Source of the DNA: Octopus vulgaris
Taxonomy: Eukaryota
Direction: 5' to 3'
DNA: 64,000 nucleotides
Assembly: GCA_951406725.2 (NCBI GenBank)
Contig: OX597825.1
Coordinates: 59,210,001-59,274,000 of the forward strand
Below the pieces are notes generated by a model. It saw only the letters and a program-made list of their open reading frames with translations, made no database searches and had not been told where the DNA came from. Both the position numbers and the translations under genes were made by a program. This document shows, piece by piece, positions 52,331-64,000 of the stretch. The number at the start of each line of letters is the position of its first letter. The first letter of the stretch is position 1.

Positions 52331-52423
52331 TATTTCATTCTACACGTGTTTCGAAAGACACAATTTACCAAATTCCGATTGAATAATGAGACCATATTGT
52401 GTCTTTCTCTTCAGGAAGAAATA
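52331..52423 (-). ncRNA. Mirror copy of the type I hammerhead ribozyme
   Basis: TCTTCAG at 52408-52414; the 1-nt indel falls in loop II, so the core is unchanged. Confidence 0.8.
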
Positions 52424-52497
52424 GGAAATCCGTTGGAAAAAACAAAAACAGAACAGAGGCGCCTCTGTTCTGTTTTTGTTTTTTCCAACGGATTTCC

Positions 52498-52589
52498 TAT
52501 TTCTTCCTGAAGAGAAAGACACAATATGGTCTCATTATTCAATCGAATTTGGTAAATTGTGTCTTTCGAAACACGTGTAGAATGAAATA
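52498..52589 (+). ncRNA. Type I hammerhead ribozyme, apparently intact
   Basis: Stem I TATTTCTTC/GAA(T)GAAATA; CTGAAGA 52507-52513; 12-bp stem II GAAAGACACAAT/ATTGTGTCTTTC; GAAA 52568-52571; palindromic CACGTG; predicted GUA cleavage after 52579; AATAAA overlapping the 3' end. Confidence 0.8.
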
Positions 52590-52794
52590 AAACGATTTCT
52601 GTTCAATCTTCGTTCAACTCCATTTCTTCAATTCACTAATAATATTAAAATTCAATTATCCGCACCAACGCACGGTTGCAACACCATATGGTTGTACCTC
52701 CAACCGTGCTATCTTCTGCTGTGATTTTTGCTACCAAGGTATCGGTTAAACTTTTGATTAATCTGCAACAAGATTATTCATCTTTCTATTTCAC

Positions 52795-52831
<37 letters not shown>

Positions 52832-54197
52832 GGCTTCTTTCAGTTTCTGTTTACCAAATCTGCTTGCAAATCTTTGGTTGACATGAGGCTATAGTAGAAG
52901 ACACTTGCCCAAGGTGCCACACAATGGGACTGAAGATGGTATCATGTGGTTGGAAAGCAAACTGCTTGCCACACAGCCACACCTATGCACACAAGTTAGC
53001 TGTAGTTTTTTTGTTTTTTTATTAGTGAGACAAATTATAACTTGTTAGGACAGAATACAATATATACTCTTGGTATATTAATTAAAAGGACTTTTCATTT
53101 TGCATTTCAGTTATAGATTCTTTAATATTTATATTCAAGTATAAGGTTGCATATATAGCTACATTGATTTACTTTGAAAGTACAAGTATGGCTAAGACAC
53201 ATATGTGGTTGTGTGGTTAAGAAGCTAGCTTCCTAGTGATGCTGTCATGGATTCAGTTCTACTGCATGGCACTTTGGAGGATGTCGTCTACTATAGCACT
53301 AGGCTGACCAAAGCCTTGAGTAGATTTGGTAAACAGAAATTGAAAGAAGCCCTACACATAAATGGCACCCATGCCTGTGACATGTAAAAGCACCCATGGT
53401 GGTGACACTAAAAAAGGTACCCACAACACTTTGGAGTGGTTGGCATAAGAAAGGGCATCCAACTGTAGAAACTAAGTCAAAATCAGACTGGAGCCTGGTA
53501 CTGCTCCCTGGCTTACCAGTTCCAGTCAAACCAGCATGGAAAGTGGACACTAAATGATGATGATGATATTATAAAAGCAAAACCTAATTTTGATATTTTA
53601 ACGCCATCTAATATACATGTTTTGAGTAATTCTGTAAGAAAGTTCCTACGTAATATCTTACACGGTCAAATTATTTCAGAGTATAGTGTGATTGAGGAAG
53701 GTATTACGTAAGAAATTTCTTACATAATTACTCGAAAACCTCGTATTAAATACATTCAAAATACTAAAATATCAACATTCAGTTTTGTCTTTATTTCCTA
53801 TTATATGACTTCATTCCATAACAGTTAAGCCTCCTTGCTTCATTTACGCAGTTAACATAACGAGGATGGGAAAGTGGATGTTATATGATATTGCAAATGA
53901 TAGAATCTTATCAATAAGAGATAATTCAAGATTTCTTAATTATGCTGTATTATTTTGTAATGAAAGTAGAAAGATAAAAGGAAATATTTTAGCGAAGAAA
54001 AGGTCATGTAGATATATGGTAGCATCTCACTAGTGTTTTGTTTCTTTTTTTTTTTTTGTTATTTGTCATTATATGATATACATTAGTTGTGTAGGAGGAA
54101 ATAAGAGAGATATTGAAGTGGAATATACATACACATGTATATACGTACATATCTGTGAGTGTATTATTTGTATATGTATGTATAACATATATCTATT

Positions 54198-54230
<33 letters not shown>

Positions 54231-55799
54231 ATACATATATAAATATATATATATATAAATATATATACATATGTATTAATATATTATTACACATGTAAGC
54301 TTATATAATATTAATAACTGTATATAACCCAATATTTCTGTCAATTTTATGTGTCTGTGTGTGTGTATTTTATATATGTATGTATGTTTGTGTGTGTATC
54401 TTTAATATGACCCTAGCTCCAGGATTGAAACTAATAAAAGAATATCTGTCAATCTATTTATCTATTCTTCTCTATCTGTAACTATCTATCTGTCTACACA
54501 TACATACATATACATGTGTGTGTGTGTGAGTGTGAGTGTATGTGAAAGTTAATGGTAATGAACAGAAGAAAAATTGTTCAATGCTGGTGTTGTGTACAAC
54601 TGATTTAATTTAGTTCTCTTTTAAAGAAGTCAGCCATATTGTTTTGGGGATTCTCAAATCAAAATCACTGACTGATGTCACTGTATCTATAAATTGTTTA
54701 AAACTCAAGAGCTTAGAACAAAGATTTGGGAAAACAATTCATTCATCCACATCCAGTTTTAATTAAAAGGTATTTTGATATGTCAAGTAATTTAAAAGGA
54801 AAATAATTTTTGATTTTCAGTTGTCTTTCTTTTTTTTGTTTTTGGTTTATTTAATCATTGTTCAACAATGTTTACCTTTTTTTAATACCCATAGAATCAT
54901 CCCTGTTAAATAAAGTTATTGTGTCTTCTACATTAAGTATGTTGGCATATGTTTATTTCAACATAAATCTTACAGTTAAGAGTGTTATCATCTTTAATTC
55001 AAAAACAAAGGTTCCTAGCTCAAAACCAACCTGGAACTATTATTACACATCCAAAGGTATTAAGCTGGCAAAATCATTAGCATAACAGACAAAATACTTA
55101 GGAGCATTTCTTTCAACTTTACATTCTGAGTTCAAATTCTGCCAAAGTTGACTTCACCTTTCATCTTTTTTGGGGTCAATGAAATACACACCAGTTGAAT
55201 ACTGGGGTCAATGTAATCAACTAGCTCCATCTTCCAAAATTTGAATCTTTGTAGAAAGTAGAAAGGATTATTACACATCCAAGAATATGAGATTTGATGG
55301 TGACTAGTGATTGACCATTTTGTTACCATCATTTTGTAGAAATAAACTGCTTTTGTTTAAGTAAATTTTGAAAATAATGTGGCTGTGTGGTAAGAAACTT
55401 ACTTCCCAATCACATGGTTCATGTTACCTTGGTCAAGTGTCTTCTGCTATAGCCTTGGATTGGCCAAAGCCATGTGAGAGAATTTGTAGGCAGAAGCTGA
55501 AAGGAGCCTGTTGTGTATATGTATATATCTATGTGTGTGTGTGTCTTTGTGTCTGTGTTTGTCCTCCACCACTGTTTGACAATCATTGCTGGTATGTTTA
55601 CATCCCTGTAACTTAGCAGTTCAGCAAAAGAGACTGCTAGAAAGAGTACCAGGCTTTTTAAAAATTAAGTACTTGGGTTGATACATTTGACTAAAACTTC
55701 TCCAAAATATGTCTAACAGGATAAATAATGGTCGGCTATGCATCAATCTCTTCAGGGAGGATATAAATTACAGTACTCATCAAATATGTCTTGCTTGTC

Positions 55800-56412
55800 C
55801 CTGGATTCAAATCCCACGCAAGTGTGTCCATTGTTTCCTAGGACACTTAAGCAACATTTAGCTACCTCGGAATTATACCGTCGTATCCTTCCTATATATT
55901 GTATACTTACGTCCTTGCGTTGTTGTTTTTTTCTCTTTGTGTTTTCCTGTTTGGATTAACTTTATATACTCCACGCTCACATGGACCCTGGCCTTCTGAC
56001 TGACTTGGATAACCAATTCCTGGATTTTCACACCTATGGATTACTGCTACCATTCATCTGGAGTACGCCACTGTAATCGTGATTGGAAATCAAAAAAATT
56101 TGTCCGTGACTCTTCCACTTTTTCTCGTTCTCTTTTTACCTTTCTTCTTCTACTTCCACTTTTCTACTTTTGTCACCACTATTTACACCTACACAGTCAT
56201 TTGAACGCGTGTGTATCATTGGCGATGTTTTTTCCTCCGTCTTCCCTTCCTTGGATCTTTTTTTTTCCTATGTTTCTGATGAAAAGCTCCTCTCGAAATG
56301 TTAAATCCTCTTGCTTTCTTTCTTTTCCTGAGCGTCCAATAACACTATACTTGTTCCACATACTTGCATTGTTGTGTTTTCTCTTTGTGTTTTCATGATT
56401 GGATTAACTACA
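55800..56412 (+). mobile_element. Penelope-like pseudo-LTR remnant with direct repeat and decayed hammerhead (56272-56305)
   Basis: ttgc.ttgttg..ttttctctttgtgttttc.tg.ttggattaact at about 55915 and 56363; CTGATGA-A-AAGC(tcc)TCTC-GAAA-TG-TT. Confidence 0.55.
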
Positions 56413-57149
56413 TATATACACACACACACACACATATATATATATAGACAGACATACACACACACATACATGCAAACATGCATATGATGGGCTTCTTTCA
56501 GCTTCTACCTGCCAAATCCACTCACAAGGCTTTGATAGACTGAAGGCTGTAATAGAAAACACTTGCCCAGGGTGCCAAGTAATGGGAGGAGCTAACCCAA
56601 AGTCTCATGGTTAAGAAGTGATCTTCTTAACCACCCACCTCTTCTTGTGTTTCGTGTTGAGTTAAATATTGCAAATATATACACATGAAAGACGAAGTTA
56701 ATAGCATGGAAAATTATAATCGTCTGTGTCGTTGTGTTTTGGCTAATTATTTCTAAGTCTTTAATTGATATGTTGCTATCTGTATGAAATAAACACTGTA
56801 GTGATAGTAGTTCATGCTTTGATATTTTTGTCGTTGTTGTTGATTGTTATGTTGATGTCAGGCAGCCTTGCCAATATCCTATTGTTGATGTGTAATGTTT
56901 TATCAATAATGTTTGATGAATCTAACATGTGACCTGCTTTCTACTTCTTTTGGAAATGATTTTCAGTTCATTGACATTGTTGTTACTTATGATGATGACA
57001 GTGGTGGTGGTTGGTGGTGGTGGTGGTGGTAGTGATAGTAGTTGTCATGAGTGTAGTAATGGTGGTGTTGGTGGTAGTGTGGTGGTTGTAGCAGTCATGC
57101 TGGTAAAGATATTTATCATCATCTTCCTCCTCCTCATCATTATTATTAT

Positions 57150-57905
57150 AGAGTGAGAGAGCAGTGCATGCCATCAAAGTTACACTGGGGTAAAATATAC
57201 GAAGCCCAGTATACACACCATGACTACCCGTCTGATAAGGGTACACCAGGCACATACATCACAACCATATGTGCATGACATGGTGATCTCATGTCAAGAT
57301 AAACAGCGCATGACCTTGCATGTGGCGCCCAGTTTGAATTTTGTTCTGGTCGAGTAGCCCATCCTGCTCAAAAGGTCCCTGAATAAGGATTGTTTAAGGA
57401 TGTTAAATGAACCACCCATGTTTCCAAAGGTGAATTATCCAAACCTCCAAGAACCAGATGGCTGCACCAGGCTCCAATCTTGATCTGGCAGAGTTTCTAC
57501 AGCTGGATGCCCTTCCTAGCGCTAACCACTCTGGGAGTGTAGTGGGTGCTTTTACGTGCCACCGGCACGAGGGCCAGTCAGGCGGTACTGGCAATGGCCA
57601 CACTCAAATGGTGTTCTTTACATGCCACCAGCACAGGAGCCAGTCCAGCTGCACTGGCAACGATCTCTCTCGAATGTTTTTTCACATGTCACCGGCACAA
57701 GTGCCATTAGGGGGACACTGGTAACGATCATGCTTGAATGGCACTTTTTACGTGTCACCACTATGGAAGCCAGTTAGCTGCTCTGGCAACGATCACGCTT
57801 GGGTGGTGCTCTTAGCGCTCCACTAGCACAGAGGCCAGCCATTGAATTTGATTTCGATTTCATTTGCCTCAACAGGTCTTCATAAGCAGAGTTTAGTGTC
57901 CAATG
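57150..57905 (-). mobile_element. RTE 3'-UTR long form (57452-57905) joined to an additional GC-balanced segment (57150-57450)
   Basis: Family E blocks and ttgcctcaacaggtcttca match 41455-41477 in reverse. Confidence 0.75.
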
Positions 57906-57906
57906 A

Positions 57907-57952
<46 letters not shown>

Positions 57953-58040
57953 TTATCATCAGTGTTTAACATCCATTTTCCATGTTTGCATGAATTGGTC
58001 TGACATGGAGGTGGCCAAACTCCAGTATATATATATTGGA

Positions 58041-58203
<163 letters not shown>

Positions 58204-59049
58204 TGTTTGTTTTTATGGCCACTTATAATAAAAATAATTTTACATTAATATGATGGGTTACTCTACTTTTATAGAGAGCAAATTTATTATTCTTAAGCAA
58301 GAATGTTGTTGACAGTGAGTTTGAAGTTTCAGCCAGCTAAGTTGGACTGTGATGCATTAGTGATAGTCTTGCTTTTATATATTCTGTGTTGAGTTAAAAT
58401 CATCTTTGGGTATGTGGGTTTGAGTGGTGTGGTAATTAGGTTTCTGTTGTTGGTTGTTATGGAAAAGTGTTTTGGAAAAATTGTAATTGATTAAATTTGG
58501 ATTAATGTTATTGTTTGAAATTTTTCAATATATGTAAAACTTTGTGGATGTTTCTCATTTGTTAGGTATACACAGGGTGTGAAAGTATTTTAGTTCCTTT
58601 AGCTATTGTTGGATTTAATCCTTTTAACTTTGACAATATAAAGGTCAACGGCACAAAGTCCATTATTTAAGCCTTTAGTAATTGGGTGTGTCAACTTCTT
58701 TTTCACTAAAGAATGCAGGTAAGTTTAGGCTGGTCATTTCTTTACTTGTTGTTGTTATTTAGGATAATTTCTGTTTTCACTTGTAAGGTTGGGTTTATTA
58801 GTCTTACATGTCATGGCTTTGTTAATATAGAATGTTGTTTCTCTTGTGCTTTGATGTTTACAAAAGCATTTGAGTAAAGGTTGTATGCATTTGAGTAAAG
58901 GTTGCTATTTCCATGGTACCAGCACCAGCAGGGTCAACCAAGTAGCTTGCAAGACAGGACAAAGTTCCCTGAACTGAAGAGAGTATTATTCAGGGAGGTT
59001 GCTTTTTCCCAGTTGGCGGGAGGTTAAAAAGAATAACAAAGAGACAGAG

Positions 59050-59462
59050 ATAGATGTCTTGCTGTTTTTCTCTAAGTTTCCATTGTTTTATAAGCAATTT
59101 GATTAGTACAGAGGTGTTTTAACCTTCTTATTTTGTAGAGGTAGAGTTTGGGTTTTGTTTATAAAATTTCTTTAAATTCTGTTCTAGGTATATGCTAAAG
59201 TGGGGCTGATATAGAAGGTGTGTCTATATTCATGTATAAAAATGAGAACAAAAATATAATCTCTTTTACTCTTTACTCTTTTACTTGTTTCAGTCATTTG
59301 ACTGCGGCCATGCTGGAGCACCGCCTTTAATCAAGCAACTCGACCCCGGGACTTGTTCTTTTGTAAGCCCAGTACTTATTCTATCGGTCTCTTTTGCCGA
59401 ACTGCTAAGTAACGGGGACATAAACACACCAGTATCGGTTGTCAAGCATTCTAGGGGGACAA

Positions 59463-59515
<53 letters not shown>

Positions 59516-59950
59516 TACGACAGGCTTCTTTCAGTTTCTGTCTACCAGTTTCCATTTGTTTGGGTTTTGTTTATAAAATTTCTTCAAATTCTGTTCTAGG
59601 TATATGCTAAAGTGGGGCTGATATAGAAGGTGTGTCTATATTCATGTATAAAAATGAGAACAAAGATATAATATAATTTAATTTAAAAAAAGATAAAGGA
59701 AATGGTTATTTCAGTTTTCTTGCATACGGATATACATTTTATGTGTATGGAGGTTTGAGTAGTTATATTAGAAAATCTGTAGTGGGGATTTTAGTTGGAG
59801 ATAGGGAGACTTAGATAACTTTTTGAGTACGTGTTTAGAGAAAAAGTGTAAAGCTGTAAAAGTGTTTTTTTAAAATTTTATATTATGAGGAAGGTATACA
59901 ATTTAGGTGGATGGGGGAAGGAGTTGGTGAGATATTAACAAGTTTAGCTG
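59050..59950 (-). pseudogene. Possible highly decayed Penelope-like reverse transcriptase
   Basis: In order on the minus strand: PHPPKLYTFLII (cf. P.LYGLPKIHK), TTDFLI (cf. K.T.DF), FSFLYMNID (cf. SLYTNIP), FYKQ; frameshifted. Confidence 0.35.
59261..59547 (-). mobile_element. 5'-truncated family B SINE flanked by 115-bp direct repeats
   Basis: 59146-59260 and 59558-59672 differ at 2 positions. Confidence 0.9.
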
Positions 59951-60510
59951 TTAGAAAAGATTATTGGTTTAAGTGTTTTAACACAAAATCTTAAAAACAC
60001 CAAACCACTTCAAACCAATAATAGTTTCTAACAGCTGTGCGTGTGTGTGTGTGTGAGGGTAGGTGTGTATCATCATCATTATTTGACATCTGTTTTACCT
60101 GCGCAGTGTTGTTGCACCTTTGCAGATAGATTTTTATGTTGTCTGCATATATATATATATATACCTTGGACCAGAGATTCGAATTCATTTCTAGGTGACT
60201 TTGGTACACAGTGCCATTGAGCTGAAACAACTGCTATATTTCTATATCCACCATTCTCATTCACTTATGTCATGATTTGTTTCACCTTGTTTGAAGTATT
60301 CAATGCTTTTTAACACTTGGTATCTTAAAGGACCATTTCCCAGAACGAAATCTTGCAGCTAATAAGCATATATATATATATATATATATATATACAAAAT
60401 ACATACATCAAGTATATGGCATTGGCAATGTTTCATCATCAATATCATCACCATCGTTGTTGTTGTCATCATTGTTGTCATTGTCATCATCATCATCATC
60501 ATTATCATCA

Positions 60511-60908
60511 TCATCTTATTAACCATCTTACAAACAATAACTCTGAGCACCTTTTCAAACTCCACCTGTCTAACACCCGTAGAGATGTTTACAAAGTCAG
60601 AAAACAGCACAACTCCCATGACTTTCGGAAACATTTTTTCACGCTAAGAGTTGCTGATGCATGGAACAAACTGCCGGCATCAGTTATTAGTTGTCGGAGC
60701 ACTGCATCCTTCAAAACTTCCATGCTTCCTGAGATTCGCCAACACTACACCTGATTTTCTCCCCTTCATACACACGCAAGCATGTACCTGACTCATACAC
60801 TGTTCACTCTCCAGACATTTATACATTACTGCGTATGCTTTATACGCACTTTTGACAAGTTGTGGTGCACCTGAGTACTGTATACAATAATTTCATTATT
60901 ATTATTAT
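60511..60908 (+). mobile_element. CR1-clade LINE 3' end (ORF2 C-terminus, stop 60752-60754, 3' UTR, (ATT)n tail)
   Basis: SNTRRDVYKVRKQHNSHDFRKHFFTLRVADAWNKLPASVISCRSTASFK matches CR1 TRGH..K......R..FFS.RV...WN.LP..VV......FK. Confidence 0.9.
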
Positions 60909-61389
60909 CATCCCTTAACCTCTGTTCTCCCTGCTGGCATGGGTTGGATGGTTTGATGAGAACTGGCAAACCAGAGGGCTATGCTAAGTTTTATTGTCTG
61001 TTTTGGCATGCTTTCTATGACTGGATGCCCTTCCTAATGCCAACCACTTTACATTCTGTACTGGCTGCTATTTCGATGGCACCAGCACCTGCAGGGTCAA
61101 CTAAGTAGCTTGCAAGACAAGACAAAGTACCCTGAACTGAAGAGAGTAGTATTCAGGGAGGTTGCTTTGTCCCAGTTGGCAGGAGGTTAAAAAGAATAAC
61201 AAAGGGACAGAGATAGATGTCTTGCTGTAGAAGAGATACAAGGATATCACAGTTGGAGAAGAGGGGAGAAGGTGACTTACAGAGAAAGATAGAGATGGAG
61301 AGATGGTAGTGGATATGTGTCAGGACTTTCCCTCAAGGCCTAGTGGAGGAGAATATAGTATATGTGTGTGAGTGTGTTTGCATCTCCTT

Positions 61390-61965
61390 GCATTGTTATG
61401 GCTGTTGTTACGCTTGTTTTTGTTGTTATACTTGTTTTTGCTGTTATGCTTGTTTTGTTGTTATGCTTGTTTTTGTTGTTATGCTTGTTGTTGCTACAGC
61501 TACTGTTGTTGTTATGGCTGTTTTTATGCTTGATTTGTTGTTACGCTTTTTGCTGTTATGTTTGTTGTTGTTGTTATTCTTGTTTTTGTTATTATGCCTG
61601 TTGTTGTTGTTTTGGCTGTTATGCTTGTTTTCGTTGTTATCTTTGTTGTTGTTATGGCTATTTTTGTTGTTATGCTTGCTATTGTTGTTATGATTGTTAT
61701 TGTTATGTTTGAATGTTGTTGCTTTGGTTGATGTTGTATTGGCTGCCTGTTGTTGTTCTTATTCTTATTGCAATACTTGCTATTCTCAATATAACTATTA
61801 CTGTTGTTATGCTTGTTGTTGTTGTGCTCTAATATTTTGTTAAGACTGTTGTTATACTTGTAGATATGGTTATGATTATTGTTGTTATGGCCGTTGTAGT
61901 AATAGTTGCAATTATATATTGTTATTCTTCTATACAGTTCTTATGATTCTTGTTGTTGCTGTTGC
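61390..61965. repeat. Degenerate (TTG/TTATGC) low-complexity tract
   Basis: Read directly from the sequence. Confidence 0.9.
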
Positions 61966-62345
61966 TGCTGTTGCTGTTGAGCGAACGGTCTTCATCCCAG
62001 AGCTTGCAAGATGAGAGAAGTCTGAAACGTGGTCCTTTGCTATTCGTAAGACCTGCAGAAGAGAAAGCAAGTCAACCCCCGACACCGAGAGCATCGGCGG
62101 ATGGATGAATGTGCATCCAGGCTCAGCGGTTGCATAGGAAGTCGGGGACAAGAAACAGGAAGAAAGAGTGAGAGAAAGTTGGGGCGAAAGAGTACAACAG
62201 GGGTCGCCACCACCTCCTACCGGAGCCTCGTAGAGCTTTAGGTGTTTTCGCTCAATAAACACACACAACGCCCAGTCTGGGAATCGAAACCGCGATCCTC
62301 CAACCGCGAGTCTGCTGCCCTAACCACTGGGCCATTGCACCTCCC
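61965..62345 (-). mobile_element. SINE family D, long form with (CAA/CAG)n tail
   Basis: Head GGTGCAATGGCCCAGTGGTTAGGGCAGCAGACTCGCGG..GTTTCGATTCCC; matches the 33324 copy over the first 150 bp or so. Confidence 0.85.
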
Positions 62346-62714
62346 TTGTTGTTGCTGCTGCTGTTGCTATTATTACAGTAATTGTTATTTCTAGATAGGG
62401 GTGTATGCTGTAAGTACAAGTGTACCCTGCTTTTGTTGCTTATTATATTGTTGTCGTTGCTGATTTTATTGTTGTTATTTCTAGAAAGGGGTGTGTGCTC
62501 TAAGTACAAGAAGGGTATCTTGATGCTATTGTTGTTGTTGTTGTTGATTCCAGAAAGGGGTGTGTGCTATAGGTACTAGAAGGGTGCCTTGACATAAGCA
62601 TGTAATTGAGTAACTGTGCTGTGAGTCATGAAGAAGTTGAGAAGTTTTCTTCTACGGTTCTTTGTTTTTAAAAGTGCACCACATCTTGACTAAGTTCCTT
62701 AAAGCAGACTGGGT

Positions 62715-63110
62715 TGGAGTGGCAGCAGTAGTGGTGGTGGTGGTGGTAGAGGAGGTAGTGGAGGTAGTGGTGAAAGAGGTGGTGTGTATGCTGGTCTTGA
62801 TGGTTGTGGTGATGGTATTCTTGTTGTTGTTGGTGGTAGTGGTGAGTTATGGTGGTGAATGGTGGTGGTGGGGTTATAGTGGTGGTGTTAGTGGTGGTGG
62901 TGGAAGAGGTGTGGTTGTAGTCATTATGGTGTAGCAATGGTGATGATAGTTATAGTGGTGGTGGTAGAGGAGGTAGTGGTAGTGGGGGTGGTAGGAGTGG
63001 CTGTTGTGGTGGTAGTTGTGGTGGTGTTGGTGTGAATGGTTTCAGTTGTGCGTGCTGGCAGTGGTGGTGGGGTGGGGTGATTGTGGTGATGGTGGGGGTG
63101 CAGGAGTGGG
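62715..63110. repeat. (GGT/GTA) low-complexity tract
   Basis: Read directly from the sequence. Confidence 0.9.
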
Positions 63111-63623
63111 ACTATGAGTTCTTGGCAATAAAATAAAATTAGGGGATTATGCAAGTCTGGCATCTGCCAGTGAAATTCCTTATGGAAGAGGGATATCAAA
63201 GTTTATGGGGGATGCTAGCACATTTGGTTAATGTGTGTGCTTGTGAGTACACGTTTGCATGCAAATTTTTTTTTGTGTGTGTGTTTATGTATGCATATAT
63301 CATCATCATCCATTTTTTGTCCATTTTCCATGCTGGCATGTGTTGGACAATTTGACCAGAGCTAACAAACCTGAGAGCTGCACCTGAATACAGTCTGATT
63401 TGGCTTGGTTTTTATGGTTGCATGCTCTTCCTAATGCCAACCACTATACAATGTGTTCTAGTTTGATATATATATATATATATCATCATTGTTTAATGTC
63501 TACCTTCCATACTGGCCTAGGTTGGATGGTTTGACTGGAGCTGGCCAGGTAGCCTGCATCAGATTTCTGTGTCAGTTTTGGCATGGTTTTACCGCTGGAT
63601 GCCCTTCCTAACACCAACCACCC

Positions 63624-63700
<77 letters not shown>

Positions 63701-64000
63701 AAGGCCCATGGCTCAGTGGTTAGAGCATTGGGCTTATGATCATGAGGTTGTGAGTTCGAATCCTGGACCTGGCTGTGTGTTATGTTCTTGAGCAAGACAC
63801 TTTATTTCACATTGCTCCAGTTTACTCAGCCGTAGAAATGAGTTGCAACATCATAGGTGCCAAGCTGTATCAGCCTTTGCCTTTCCCTTGGATAACACTA
63901 GTGGCATGGAGAGGGGAGGCCAGTATGCATGGGCGACTGCTGGTCTTTCATAAACAACCTTGCCTGGACTTGTGCCTGGGAGGGTAACTTTCTCGGTGCA
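63701..64000 (+). mobile_element. SINE family G with tRNA head (runs off the window end)
   Basis: TGGCTCAGTGGTTAGAGC..GAGTTCGAATCC (A/B boxes), TTCTTGAGCAAGACACTT; body matches 45681-45956. Confidence 0.9.

Larger units (their letters stand above)
52282..52638. repeat. 357-bp zero-spacer palindrome (arms 179 and 178 bp, single 1-nt indel)
   Basis: Centre GAGGC|GCCTC at 52460/52461; arms are reverse-complementary out to TAGTGAATTG/CAATTCACTA; the only difference seen is aaattccgatt versus aatcgaattt. Confidence 0.97.

Noticed and set aside
52340-52590. Two near-identical ORFs on opposite strands
   Set aside because: A by-product of the palindrome; they have non-ATG starts and no recognisable protein.
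58915-61227. About 150-bp direct repeat at 58915-59063 and 61078-61227 as LTRs
   Set aside because: No TG..CA termini, PBS or gag/pol. The second copy is contiguous with a minus-strand family E tail, so it is most likely LINE UTR sequence.
63701-63775. tRNA genes (also 33324, 38096, 49761)
   Set aside because: A/B boxes are present, but they run into SINE bodies and lack a proper acceptor stem; these are SINE heads.

Overview
AT-rich eukaryotic DNA saturated with repeats. The repeat families and microsatellite density suggest an octopod cephalopod such as Octopus (inference from recognition, not from a search). No host protein-coding gene can be called with confidence, and almost all listed ORFs are microsatellite or SINE translations. 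The window contains: (1) at least five tRNA-headed SINE families; (2) 5'-truncated LINE ends and decayed ORF2 pieces (RTE, CR1, and a Dong/R4 element inside (TAA)n); (3) a DD37D Tc1/mariner transposase pseudogene, piggyBac-type TTAA MITEs and non-autonomous Helitrons; (4) a 28-bp minisatellite. The most interesting signal is about a dozen type I hammerhead-ribozyme motifs (CUGAnGA-stem II-GAAA-short stem III-NUH) of the kind carried by Penelope-like elements, many inside inverted repeats. The best case is a 357-bp zero-spacer palindrome at 52282-52638 that encodes an apparently intact hammerhead on each strand. A CpG-retaining block at about 12.9-23.4 kb, between CpG-depleted flanks, hints at promoters or gene boundaries, but the candidate exons are weak.
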